Part shown: in pieces, positions 11,156 to 21,960 of the stretch | Numbering within the stretch: the stretch's first letter is position 1 | Layout: each line of letters starts with the position of its first letter | DNA from: an uncultured Methanosarcinaceae archaeon | GTDB taxonomy: Archaea > Halobacteriota > Methanosarcinia > Methanosarcinales > Methanosarcinaceae | NCBI GenBank assembly: GCA_963833425.1 | Contig: CAWHXP010000009.1 | Coordinates: forward strand, 64,001 to 128,000 | DNA: 64,000 nucleotides | Direction: 5' to 3' | Translations under genes and position numbers: made by a program | The notes under the pieces: model-generated | Databases searched by the model: none | Told to the model about the DNA's origin: nothing | What the model saw: the letters and a program-made list of their open reading frames with translations, nothing else

Positions 11156-12177
11156 TCTACTGCAATTACAGATTAAAATTGTTAGCTGATATATAAGTTT
11201 CATCTAAAAATTTGATAAAAGAAATCTGCAATATAGGTTTTATCAAGACTTGGTAGCACTTTAAGTGTGTGACTTGTGAGTCATTTTATCAGCGGTTTAA
11301 TGGAGACAAGAACTTAAAATATTAATTTAAAACAATAAATACAATTTATCTTAGCTATCACAATTATGTCAACCATATATATTCTTATCTTATAATATAA
11401 GAACCTTGAGTAATCACCTGTAGCAAATTAACATTTGAAAGTCGTGCAGAAAACACTATTGTATTAATCTGGTAGGATTTTCAGTAAACCCTAAATTTTG
11501 TCATATGTTTATGAATGATAAATACTTGAGATTGTCAAAGGATTTGACTTTCATTGTATAAAAATATTTGAGCTAAAAGCTATGTAAAGAAATACATTCA
11601 ATAGCTCTGAATTCGATGCAGCCTGAAGGAATTTTTACCCGGCTTTAGAGAACAAGTAAAGTTTAAAGATATTTATTTAAAGATTATTTTGTAAGAAATT
11701 TAATTTTCAAAAATTCAGTAAATTTGAAATTAAAATTTGTAGGTTTATCCTGCAGCTACGAGTCTGGAAAATATGATCGGTACCTTTCAAAATAAAGAAT
11801 ATATTAATTTAATATATTCATAGTAGTTGTATCTCGACCTAAACATATGAAGATTACATCTCTCCCATAAACAAGGAGTTTTAAACAAGAATTTCAACTA
11901 TTAAAACTTATGATGGCAATTATTTATTTAAAGTTCAATATAATATAATTTACATCAAACATTCTGCAGATACGCACATATGTATAAATTTGTTTGTATA
12001 TCCATATTATTATTCATTGAAAATTAGATTAATTTTTAAGATACTGTCATATTGAAAAAATGAATGGCATTCTTATGTACATCTGCAGAAAATGGATTCA
12101 TTATGAATATTAAATTTAAATCGACTGTCTTAATTCATTAGGTCACTTATTTCATCAACATTTATAGAGGGTCGTTC

Positions 12178-13422
12178 ATGATAAAAACTCAATCTTTAGA
12201 TGGCTTATTCGAAAAATTACTTGATGGGAAATCAATTTTCAAAAACAAAGAAGTTCTCCGGCCTTCTTACACGCCAGACCTTTTATTACACCGAAATGAA
12301 CAGATTAATAGCCTCGCAACAATATTGGTTTCTGCACTAAGGGGCGAAACACCTTCTAATGTACTGATCTATGGAAAAACAGGTACAGGGAAGACAGCTG
12401 TGACTCGCTATGTGGGAAAGGAGCTGGAGAGGGTAAGTGAAGATAAGTCACTTTTTTGCTCTGTAGTGTATATCAATTGCGAAGTTATTGATACACAGTA
12501 TCGACTTCTTGCAAATCTTGCTAGACAGTTCGAAGAAGAAGTTCCTATGACTGGATGGCCGACTGATCAGGTCTTCACGAAGTTTAAGGAAGCAATTGAT
12601 TCCAGAGAGCAGGTCGTTATCATAATTTTGGATGAAATCGATAAGTTGATCAAAAAAGGCGATGATGTCCTCTATAACCTTTCCAGAATTAATACAGATT
12701 TGCAGAAAGCCAAGGTGAGTATGATTGGGGTTTCAAACGATCTAAAGTTCACTGAGTTTCTGGATCCAAGGGTCAAAAGTTCCCTCGGTGAGGAGGAATT
12801 AATTTTTCCTCCTTATGATGCTGAACAGATTAGTGACATCTTGAAGCAAAGAGCAAAAATGGCTTACAATGATGGAGTACTGGGTGAAATGGTAATTCCA
12901 CTATGTGCTGCTTTTGCAGCCCAGGAGCACGGTGATGCTCGTCGTGCACTTGACCTCCTACGTGTGTCAGGGGAAATTGCAGAAAGAGAAGATCAGCCTA
13001 AGGTTCTTGAAGAGCATGTCAGACGTGCTCAGGAAAAGATTGAAATCGATCGTGTAGTTGAAGTCGTAAGGACTCTTCCCACGCAGTCTAAACTCGTGCT
13101 ATATAGTATTATCTTGCTACGGAATCGAGGCAGAGAAGGTAAAAATATTACAACAGGAGAAATGTATAATGTCTACCGCCAGCTCTGTCATCACATTGAC
13201 GTAGATATCCTTACACAACGCAGAGTTACTGACCTGATGTCTGAACTTGACATGCTGGGAATTGTCAACGCAGTGGTCGTAAGCAAAGGTCGTTACGGTC
13301 GGACAAAAGAGATTTCTCTCAGCGTTCCCATAGAAAACACCCGCAAAGTGCTTCTTGAGGATTACAGGCTCAAGCTCCTGGTAGATTTTAAGGCATCAAT
13401 TTTTAACAAAATGTTTTCTTGA
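12178..13422 (+). CDS. cdc6: Orc1/Cdc6 replication initiator
   Basis: YGKTGTGKT Walker A, LDEID Walker B, GDARRALDLL sensor, and winged helix with SKGRYGRT. Confidence 0.97.
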   Translation: MIKTQSLDGLFEKLLDGKSIFKNKEVLRPSYTPDLLLHRNEQINSLATILVSALRGETPSNVLIYGKTGTGKTAVTRYVGKELERVSEDKSLFCSVVYINCEVIDTQYRLLANLARQFEEEVPMTGWPTDQVFTKFKEAIDSREQVVIIILDEIDKLIKKGDDVLYNLSRINTDLQKAKVSMIGVSNDLKFTEFLDPRVKSSLGEEELIFPPYDAEQISDILKQRAKMAYNDGVLGEMVIPLCAAFAAQEHGDARRALDLLRVSGEIAEREDQPKVLEEHVRRAQEKIEIDRVVEVVRTLPTQSKLVLYSIILLRNRGREGKNITTGEMYNVYRQLCHHIDVDILTQRRVTDLMSELDMLGIVNAVVVSKGRYGRTKEISLSVPIENTRKVLLEDYRLKLLVDFKASIFNKMFS

Positions 13423-15377
13423 GGATTGGAATCTTCAATTATATCGGCTCTGTTGTTTTTTGTCGTTTCCTGTTATTTCATTTATTGTCTTACTTTTCAT
13501 TACCCTATGTGTCCAATTTTGGGTAAGCCCTATTTTTTTAACTCCTGATGGCTCCTGATTTATTAGGTTTTTCCCCAATAGTCTACGAAAAAACTTTGCC
13601 TACATCTCTCAATTTTATTTTTTATAAATTTCTCTAGAAAATTCAAGGTTGTCTAGTTATGAAGAGAACTTGTGCATAGTCGCCACTAAACTAAGTTGTG
13701 GTTTTTTTATTGTATTTTGGAATTTATGCGTCTATTAAGAGACTAGAAAAGCTAAATTACCTCCAACATTAAATTTTATGAATAGCCTAGGAATGCTTTT
13801 ACTGAAAACTGGCATTTTAAAGTTATATCCTTGACTTATTATTCTGTGTCATAATCCATCTTCACTAAATGCATACTATTTTGATAATTTTATTATCCTT
13901 TTTGATTCCAGTTGATGGCCAGAAGCTTGACGGGATGAAAACTTTCTATATAACCTTTATTAAATGACTAATTTCTATTTTAAGTCCTTTCTGTGCTTAA
14001 AAGTAGAATGAATAATGCAAATCATTGTGTCTATGAAATAAGATATCAAATGGTTCTTGATATTTTGTATCATAAAAAATTTCTTCTAAAATAATTACAT
14101 AATCAACTATTTGAAATTTATATGCTTTGAAATTGACAATATATATTGTTTTGAGTCGAATTAAATTTCTACTGATGTTGATCATCCAAGTCTTTTCTTT
14201 TACGCTGAACTAAAATATTCTCTTCCAAGAGTATGCAGATCATGAAAGGTAGCATAGTATAAAAAATATTTAAATAGCGCTCTAGATTAAAAAAATCATG
14301 GAATGGTGAACTGGGTATGATAGATGTTGCATTGAACTACTGATGATAGTACAACTCCCGATGTATTAAAAACGATGTTGAAAATCAGGGAAATCAGGAA
14401 GAAAATGAAGCATATGAGAAATGAAAACATTTTATTTTGATTCTTTCTTTTATATACAGAGCTGTGGCACGAAAATACTCATTTGCTTGCGACGGGGTGA
14501 TACACCAAAACTTTGATTTAGGTGTAAAGATTTGCTCTCGAAACTACTATCTCCATGGGATTAATGGTAAATTTCGGCGATCCAAGAAGATATTAAAAAG
14601 TTTCACAATTTGAATTGCGTGTGTGGCTATTCTTAAGAAATCCAGTACTAATAGAACCTCAAAAAAGAGCTTAAGGTTCATCTTTAATCGAATAAAAATT
14701 GAATATTTTTTATAAGAGCTGTAATAACGATAATTATATATTTTATCCATTAAAAGTACATATGTAAATATTTTGTGATATGCGGTTAATTTTCAGCGTA
14801 AATATCAAATAAATTTGTCTAGACATCTCTTTTGGTTGTGTAGAAATTTGTTTATTTATGAATGCAAATAATTTTTAATTAAGCTTGTAGCCTCGAGTTT
14901 TTAGATTTGAATTTAACCTTATAAAATCAACTTAGAAGAGATATCGTAAATTAAAATTTAAAGTTGCTACCCGCAGGCAACTGCATAAGTTCGATCTACT
15001 TTTATATATATTTTTAATCGATTTCTTCAATGTTAATTTTAGGAGATTGTTGAATGACTTTGAATTTTATCATATCAAGATAACTCTTAGTTCAAAAAAT
15101 CAAGAGATAGAAGGTCTATCTAAATTTTCTCTTCTATTAGTTTATCGCTTTTTATCTTTTCTTTATTCTATGCAGTCTACAATCAGGGTTACATTTTAAA
15201 TTTATGTTCCTATAAAACTTACGCAGTTAAACGTGGAAATCAATAGAATAAACCACTAACAGTCTAACATAAATTTCAAATAGATATGTATAATGTGCCA
15301 TAGTTCGATGCTTCTAGTGGTAAATAATATTTCTGACAAATCTATTACACTGAATTCTCTCAAGTTTTCTTGTGGCT

Positions 15378-15455
15378 TTAGTAACCCCAATGGCTGACAA
15401 AGACTTTGTTTAGATCATTAATATTTTTAAAGTTCCAAGAATCAATCCTATCCAT
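15378..15455 (-). CDS. Diverged array peptide, 25 aa, MDRIDSWNFKNINDLNKVFVSHWGY
   Basis: GAGGGAATTTAA-ATG start context and TAA stop at positions homologous to those of the 28-aa copies. Confidence 0.45.
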   Translation of the reverse strand: MDRIDSWNFKNINDLNKVFVSHWGY

Positions 15456-15549
15456 TTAAATTCCCTCTTTTTTAATGCATCTATTTCTATCTTTTTTTTT
15501 ATACTTCAGCCGTCTACAATCAGGATTACTTTCTGAATTTATGTTTCTG

Positions 15550-15667
15550 TAGGACTTACGCAGTTAAACTTGTGAATCGATAGCATTAAACTTTCAATAA
15601 TCTAAAATATAATTCAAATTACAATGTATATTTGTACTTCAATTTATACTTTAGTGCATAAGTCCTA
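15550..15667. mobile_element. ~118-bp MITE inserted in an array spacer
   Basis: TIRs TAGGACTTACGCA / TGCATAAGTCCTA, flanked by TTTCTG direct repeats (15544-15549, 15668-15673). The empty site ATGTTTCTGGTAAA is seen in a younger unit. Confidence 0.75.
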
Positions 15668-15715
15668 TTTCTGGTAAATCCCCTAAATAGATTTCTCTCA
15701 ATGGCTTTTGTGGGT

Positions 15716-15802
15716 TTAGCAGCACGTGCTCTGAATGACTCTGGCTCTTGTCATATCAAGCTTCGTTTTAAGGCTCTGAAAATTAAAACCTAAATAAGTC
15801 AT
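15716..15802 (-). CDS. Array peptide copy, 28 aa, MTYLGFNFQSLKTKLDMTRARVIQSTCC (TAA stop)
   Basis: AAGGGGG RBS before the ATG; differs from the other copies only at silent sites. Confidence 0.55.
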   Translation of the reverse strand: MTYLGFNFQSLKTKLDMTRARVIQSTCC

Positions 15803-15933
15803 TTAAATTTCCCCCTTCTTGTATTTCCGTTCCTCTGTTCCTTATGTTTCAGAAGTCTACAATCTGTGTTAAGCTTTGAATTTGTTTTTCTTGCACATCT
15901 TTGACGCCGACTTCTCTAGTTGCTTTTGTGTCT

Positions 15934-16020
15934 CTAACAGCACGTACTCTGAATGACTCTGGCTCTTGTCATATCAAGCTTCGTTTTAAGGCTCTGAAAA
16001 TTAAAACCTAAATAAGTCAT
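15934..16020 (-). CDS. Array peptide copy, 28 aa, identical sequence (TAG stop)
   Basis: AAGGGGG RBS and intact ORF. Confidence 0.55.
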   Translation of the reverse strand: MTYLGFNFQSLKTKLDMTRARVIQSTCC

Positions 16021-16150
16021 TTAAATTTCCCCCTTCTTATATTTCCGTTCCTCTTTTCCTTATGTTTCAGAAGTCTACAATCAGTGTTAAGCCTTGAACT
16101 TATGTTTCTGGTAAATTTTGACAACGACTTCTCTAGTTGCTTTTGTGTCT

Positions 16151-16237
16151 CTAACAGCACGTACTCTGAATGACTCTGGCTCTTGTCATATCAAGCTTTG
16201 TTTTAAGGCTCTGAAAATTAAAACCTAAATAAGTCAT
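16151..16237 (-). CDS. Array peptide copy, 28 aa, identical sequence (TAG stop)
   Basis: AAGGGGGACATAA-ATG and intact ORF. Confidence 0.55.
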   Translation of the reverse strand: MTYLGFNFQSLKTKLDMTRARVIQSTCC

Positions 16238-16366
16238 TTATGTCCCCCTTCTTGTATTTCTGTTCCTCTTTTCCTTATGTTTCAGAAGTCTACAATCAGT
16301 GTTAAGCCTTGAACTTATGTTTCGGGTAAATCTTTGACATCGACTTCTCTAGTTGCTTTTGTGTCT

Positions 16367-16453
16367 CTAACAGCACGTACTCTGAATGACTCTGGCTCTT
16401 GTCATATCAAGCTTTGTTTTAAGGCTCTGAAAATTAAAACCTAAATAAGTCAT
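16367..16453 (-). CDS. Array peptide copy, 28 aa, identical sequence (TAG stop)
   Basis: AAGGGGGGAAATAA-ATG and intact ORF; the repeat ends just upstream of this RBS. Confidence 0.55.
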   Translation of the reverse strand: MTYLGFNFQSLKTKLDMTRARVIQSTCC

Positions 16454-17339
16454 TTATTTCCCCCCTTTTTAGGTTGTAGCTTATGTAAATTTTAGATTCT
16501 AATTGCTCAACTGAATTTTGACTATTAGTAATGAGATTAAAACTTGAATCTAAATGCTAGATTGTTTGCTAAACTATTGATTCATGTTTATTGTGAAGGT
16601 AAATCTCCTCCGCACAACATGTTTTTTTGTGCTTATTTATGTTCCTTCCTTATTTATGCCCCTTAAATACTCTTTTTTGTGTACCTTCTGTTGAAATGCA
16701 CTCCTAAAGTCTTCAAGAAATGTTTGCAAATAATGCTTCTTGTAATACCCCCATTGAGTTATATCACTCAGGCATTTTTTTTCTAAAATATTTGGCATTC
16801 TTTCTTTATTTTAACCCATAAAAGTCTAATTTTTGCTTGCCAGTGAGTATATCTAACTATATATATTAAATTATATAAAGTCTATAGAATTAGTTTTTCT
16901 TACAAATAGTAGTTTTTGAGAATTTTATAGAAACTCTTACAATCTAGAATATCTATTTCTGAAGTGTTTCTTTTTTAGTTCCTTAATCAATATTATAATT
17001 CCTATTTATATAATGTTAAAGAATAATGGTTTATTTAGATTGAATATCGGATGATATTACATACTAGCTTTATTTATTATTATCATTTTTGACTAATTTA
17101 AGTGTAGACTTATTAACTGTTTAATAAGTTCAATTTCCTTTTTTTTCTGAGATGATTTTAATTATATTTAACAAAATTTTATAAGTTTTTTTAGTTTATT
17201 TCTTTTTTTGGATTAAATATTTCCCGAAGATTGTTTAATATATCGAAGTGAATATCAGCCGTAGTTATAATATCATAAAAATCTCCTGGATTATTTAGAT
17301 TTTTAAATGACCAATTAAATTAAGGAAGAATTTTGACGC

Positions 17340-17600
17340 ATACTAAGAAAAGTATCGCAGCAAGATAAATGTTTAAAGAATGTCCTGAAGTCAAAAAAGC
17401 TTCGGTGTGGTGAACTTTGGGGTGATGAAGCTATGTTAAAATATCTGTGATCGTGCAACCTTCGATGCCATTAAAATTATTTTGAGAATCAGGTAGGAAA
17501 AGGATCATAGAGATAAATTAAAAATTTAATTGTCAATAAATTACTAATATCCAGTTCAGCAGTGTAAACATGGCCAGTTGCTTGCAGTTGGGGTATGCCA
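17340..17600 (+). pseudogene. tnpA: IS200/IS605 tnpA 3' remnant
   Basis: Broken reading KSIAAR.MFKECPEVKK...GELW...IK...ENQ, typical of a Y1 transposase C-terminus; degenerate end hairpin at ~17570-17600. Confidence 0.6.
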
Positions 17601-17932
17601 CTTAAATTTTGATTTTTACCCTACCTTCCTTTGAGTCTCTTTTCGCGATGCATACAAGGATGCCGTCGATTTTCTCAATATAACCGCAGATTAAAAATCA
17701 ATCTAATTCCATGGATAATAGTGGGCAGATAGGCAAACAAACTTGAACTTATTTTTAGATGGTCTTCTAATTTTCAGAACACGTTTCAGAACCGACAAAA
17801 TTTCAAATTACTTAAACCAAAGAAAGTTTTAAATATATCTAAGAGAAATTCTCAATCTGATATCATTATCAAATTCTTGGTAGTCCAAACTAAGAAGTAT
17901 GACAAGATAACGCAAGTATGCTACATTGTATG

Positions 17933-18022
17933 AGAGGATTTCGATAAATCTCTGATTTTCACGAGTTATTTATATATGATTTTATTCCCATAACGACGTT
18001 TAGGAACTTATCGAAATCTTCT
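17933..18022. mobile_element. 90-bp MITE with IS5-type TIRs
   Basis: AGAGGATTTCGATAA ... TTATCGAAATCTTCT; homologous (inverted) to 58581-58670, with ends resembling the IS at 48747-49869. Confidence 0.75.
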
Positions 18023-18607
18023 ATAATTTCGTTCTTAATTCAAAACTGATGGATCACATAGTAATAAAATTCATTCAGGAAGAACCATCCGATCCCAAAA
18101 ACAATTGACTCGGATATATTTCGCTTTTATAAATAAAAAAACATTTCATGGAACTACTCATAAATGAGCTTCAAATCTCAAATAAAATGACTAATATAAG
18201 CAATATTAAGTAACGCTGAATCAAAAAATATTAGAGCAATTAAGCTCGATAGATTTAATCCAATAGATAAAACTTTGTGATTATTCTATCCTCATTAAAA
18301 CCAAAAACAAGCTAATAAGATGTTTTTCAGGGTAATTTCAGCTGGAGATTTTCATTATTTCTCTATCAATTCGAACTTGGATAAATAATATAAAAAATAA
18401 TATTTAATACTACTTTTCTAAAAACTCGTAAACAATGGAAAGACACCACAAATTATCTAAGTCAGCTGATGAAATACTAAAATCAATATTTTAATCAAAA
18501 ATGAAAAATTGCATGATATTTTGGACAGTATCATTATATATAGTTAGTAATAGTTGCAAGATATTTTAGCTCAATTTGTGTCATGGAGCTCTGGAAGGAT
18601 TTTAAAT

Positions 18608-19654
18608 ATGTTTACTTCAAAGAGAACGAAAACTAATCTCAGACCTTTATTGCGGAAGATAATTCACAAAAAGCATAAGGTAGCATACAAAATTGCAGCT
18701 GTGCTCTTGTTTATCTTATATATCTTGACCTTTGAGTATCTCATGCTTCTTGAGAACCATCCTGAAAATGCAAACATTATCACTGCTATCTATTGGGCTA
18801 CAACTACTATTACAACTGTAGGATATGGCGATGTGGTCTTCACTTCCCAGGGAGGAAGACTTTTTTCCACAATTATGCAGATTGTTGGGGTCATTTTAAT
18901 TTCGAGTTTTCTTATTACTTATGTAATAACTCCTTGGATGGACAATACTGTCAAATTTAGGCTGCCAAGAAAAGTCTCTTCCGAAATGAAAGATCATATA
19001 ATTATCTGCGGATATAATCAGATGGTTGAGACTTTGATCGATGAATTAGCTGAGCAGAACTTACTGTTTGTAATAGTTGATGACGAAGAAGAATTAATAA
19101 GGGAACTTTATTATAAGAGTATTCCCTGCATTTTTGGAGTCCTGAGCGATAAGCAGACACTTATAAATGCTAGTATCGAGAAAGCTGTAATTCTTATTGC
19201 AAACAAGTCTGACGAAAAAAATGCAAATATCGTCCTAACTGCCCGAGAATTTGAGAATCTTTACATCATTGCTATTGTTGAAGATATTTCAAACTCAAAA
19301 TACCTTAAGTATGCAGGCGCAGATACGGTTGTATCTCCCAAATCAATGTTCGGTCAATTTATCGGGAAAAAGGCGATGGACAGACTCGTAAATCGAGTTA
19401 CAGGAGCAACTGAAATTTTTGAAGGAGTACATATAGTTGAGTTCCCTATCTATCTGAAAAGCCCTCTTATAGGCAAGAGAATTAAGGAAGTTTCCAACCA
19501 ACAGCATTTGGCAGGTGCCAAAATTGTGGGAATATGGAAAAGTGGTACTCTTTCATTTGAGCCGGAAGCTGAAGATTTAATCCGAGAAAACTCAGTTTTA
19601 TTGGCTGTAGGAACTCCTGAGGGGCTTTCAAAACTGAAGAAATTGACACATTGA
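18608..19654 (+). CDS. Potassium channel with RCK/TrkA-N and TrkA-C domains (MthK-like)
   Basis: TTVGYGD selectivity filter, two TM helices, HIIICGY Rossmann motif, AGADTVVSP. Confidence 0.92.
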   Translation: MFTSKRTKTNLRPLLRKIIHKKHKVAYKIAAVLLFILYILTFEYLMLLENHPENANIITAIYWATTTITTVGYGDVVFTSQGGRLFSTIMQIVGVILISSFLITYVITPWMDNTVKFRLPRKVSSEMKDHIIICGYNQMVETLIDELAEQNLLFVIVDDEEELIRELYYKSIPCIFGVLSDKQTLINASIEKAVILIANKSDEKNANIVLTAREFENLYIIAIVEDISNSKYLKYAGADTVVSPKSMFGQFIGKKAMDRLVNRVTGATEIFEGVHIVEFPIYLKSPLIGKRIKEVSNQQHLAGAKIVGIWKSGTLSFEPEAEDLIRENSVLLAVGTPEGLSKLKKLTH

Positions 19655-20990
19655 TCCGACAGCATGATTCCACATATGACTTTTGCGCTCGAATGGATGC
19701 ACCAGAACATGAAGCCTCCTATTTTCTCAAGCTCTATACCTTTCGCTTTTCAAGGATCTGAGTAGATAAAGTAACTTCCGAATCATTTCATTTTTTTTAA
19801 TTTTCAAACAAAGGTAACAATTTGGTTTTGCAACTGTCCCTTGTCTCTTCTTCTTTGCAGTTATTAACAATCTTTTCTTTGAGTACCAAACTTTGGTAAT
19901 TCTGGTATATACATAGGAAAACCAAAAAATTTTCTGAAATAAATTCGATAAATACATTGTTTCACAATTTCAAAATCAAAAAGACCGTACCAGCTGTAAA
20001 ACAAGCATTTTAAACAATAATAATTAAATTAGCTTAGATCTGGCTCAGAAAACGATTTTGTTAAAAGTTTCAATAATGAAGATATCATCACCATCAAAAT
20101 TTACTGGGTATGGGTAAATCAAAGAAAAATGGTGTGGCTTAAAAGTCCTAGAAAATTAAGCGATATAATAGAAAATAATAAAATTATTTGGTGTTGGAAA
20201 GTATAAGGCAAGAAAAAAAAAGCATAATGTTGGCGAAACTATTTGTATCAACATACTAATACATGAATTTGGTTCATAATAATATTCAGATTTTTTAAGA
20301 GAAACGATATGTTGGACCTACTCTACGTAAGTTTTATGTTGTAGATCGGAAAATGCGGATGGATTTCAAAATACATAAAGATTGATATCCAATGCTAACA
20401 CCTTTTATGAATCGAGTGGTAAAAAGTTACCGATTTTGAGGAACGTTCTAAGGCAAAAGACGCATTTGAATTTTTTGAACTAATATCAACAAAAGATAAT
20501 TAGGATATCATGGAGATTTGATAGCTCAAAAAAATATTTGGACATTTCAGTCAAAAAGACATAAGAATTGGATATGATATTGCTATTCTTGTTACTTTAT
20601 TCCCTGATCAAAATCAACTTTAATTTTTCTGTAAATATATACAAAATTTGAAATAATTCATTGGATTAATTATGAGATTCAGAGAGTTTTTCGATTTTGT
20701 TTTTTCATCAAGTTTGAGGGTATACTTGTATAATAAAAAATATTTATGAATACGCACCAGAATACATTTATCTGATCAAAGTTACATAGATATCCTAAAA
20801 AGTGTCTTGAAGAAAATGAATGCTAATCCACAAAGCTGATTTGCCTCAAGAAAATATTATGTCTAATATTATGTCTAAATCTGTATGAGAATGTTGGTTT
20901 GAAAAAGTCACCTCTATATGGCTGTTTTAAAAAAGAGAAAATAGATGAGTGCTGATATAACTCACTTAAAAATAGCACTTAGAATAACAC

Positions 20991-21179
20991 TTAATATCTG
21001 CGATTTTCTCTGGGTGTCCTGTGGTTAGGAAGACAATCCCTACAGTAAACCGGTCTTTCGGGGTCAGGTTTAAAAGGCACCTCTGTTTCAGCTTTGCAGT
21101 CCGAACAAGTTGTTTTGTGCATTTCTCTGGGAGCTCCGAAATTATTTCCTCTGAAGTTATTTCTGTCATTAAAAGCCAT
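20991..21179 (-). CDS. CxxC-x17-CxxC small zinc-finger protein
   Basis: REMHKTTCSDC...VPFKPDPERPVYCRDC; AGGTGA RBS. Confidence 0.88.
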   Translation of the reverse strand: MAFNDRNNFRGNNFGAPREMHKTTCSDCKAETEVPFKPDPERPVYCRDCLPNHRTPRENRRY

Positions 21180-21369
21180 CTTTGTTTCACCTTTGGTTTA
21201 TTTTTTGTTACTAGTTTAAAAATAAGATTGTATAGAACTCTTTGTTTAAAAACAAAAATTGGTTTTTTAACAACAGATGATTATACGTCTCTTTATTTTT
21301 AATGAACTTACATAGCAGCTATTGTATATAAATATATCTGTATTCGTATCTGACATGTCGATACAAAAA

Positions 21370-21960
21370 TATAACTACGAATGAACATTTTCTTGGAATA
21401 TTTGATAGGCCAAAGAACGCGGATTCAAACCTAAATTAGTTATCTTTGATACGTCGTATGCAAGAGTAAAAAATCACAACGTCAGTAGGGAAAAACAATG
21501 GTATTTTTTAACATTATTGAAATCAAATTTTTTGGTAAATTTTGATAATATGAATAATATGCTGCTTGAAAAAGTTTGGCTTGAAATAGTTGAATCCCTA
21601 ATGAAGGAATTATGGTTTGCCTGAAAGCTTATAGATTTTGTGAGAGTAATTTGGATAGTTTCAAAAAAACAAATAAATGAAAATATGTCGTAAAATGTAT
21701 TATATATGGATGAATCCAATAGAACAGATTTGGCTAATAAGTCCTGGAAAATTAAAGAGTATCATAGAGAAATAAAATATTATGCCGTGTGGAAAAGGTT
21801 CAAACAAGAAAAATAAATCAATCGAACACATATGATGTTCTCATTGAAAGCTCTTCTAAGTCTGATGTTACAAAAGAATCTGGAACAAAATTTTTTTGGC
21901 TGAAGGTAAAAAAAACTTCAGAGAATGGCAGGAATTGAGATATATAAATCAACAAATATA
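21370..21960 (+). pseudogene. IS701-family transposase remnant
   Basis: Broken reading NEHF...AKERGFKPKLVIFDT.YA...WYFL..LKSN and WKI.EYHR.IK. Confidence 0.55.

Larger units (their letters stand above)
15040..16470. repeat. Tandem array: about 3.5 near-identical 216-218-bp units (15716-16466) preceded by two diverged ~336-bp units
   Basis: AGCACG anchor at 15721, 15939, 16156 and 16372. GTCTACAATC occurs in every spacer, including the diverged units at ~15175 and ~15511. Confidence 0.95.

Noticed and set aside
16238..16369. Pyl read-through of the array TAGs giving a 71-aa basic protein
   Set aside because: The homologous stop is TAA in two units and the spacers contain frame-breaking indels, so TAG is better read as a stop.
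15716..16470. CRISPR array
   Set aside because: Units are ~217 bp and near-identical throughout, with no unique spacers and no cas genes.
19960..20830. Possible decayed gene or IS; similar at 22000-22830, 25170-26100 and 31550-32450
   Set aside because: Too degraded to assign without BLASTx.
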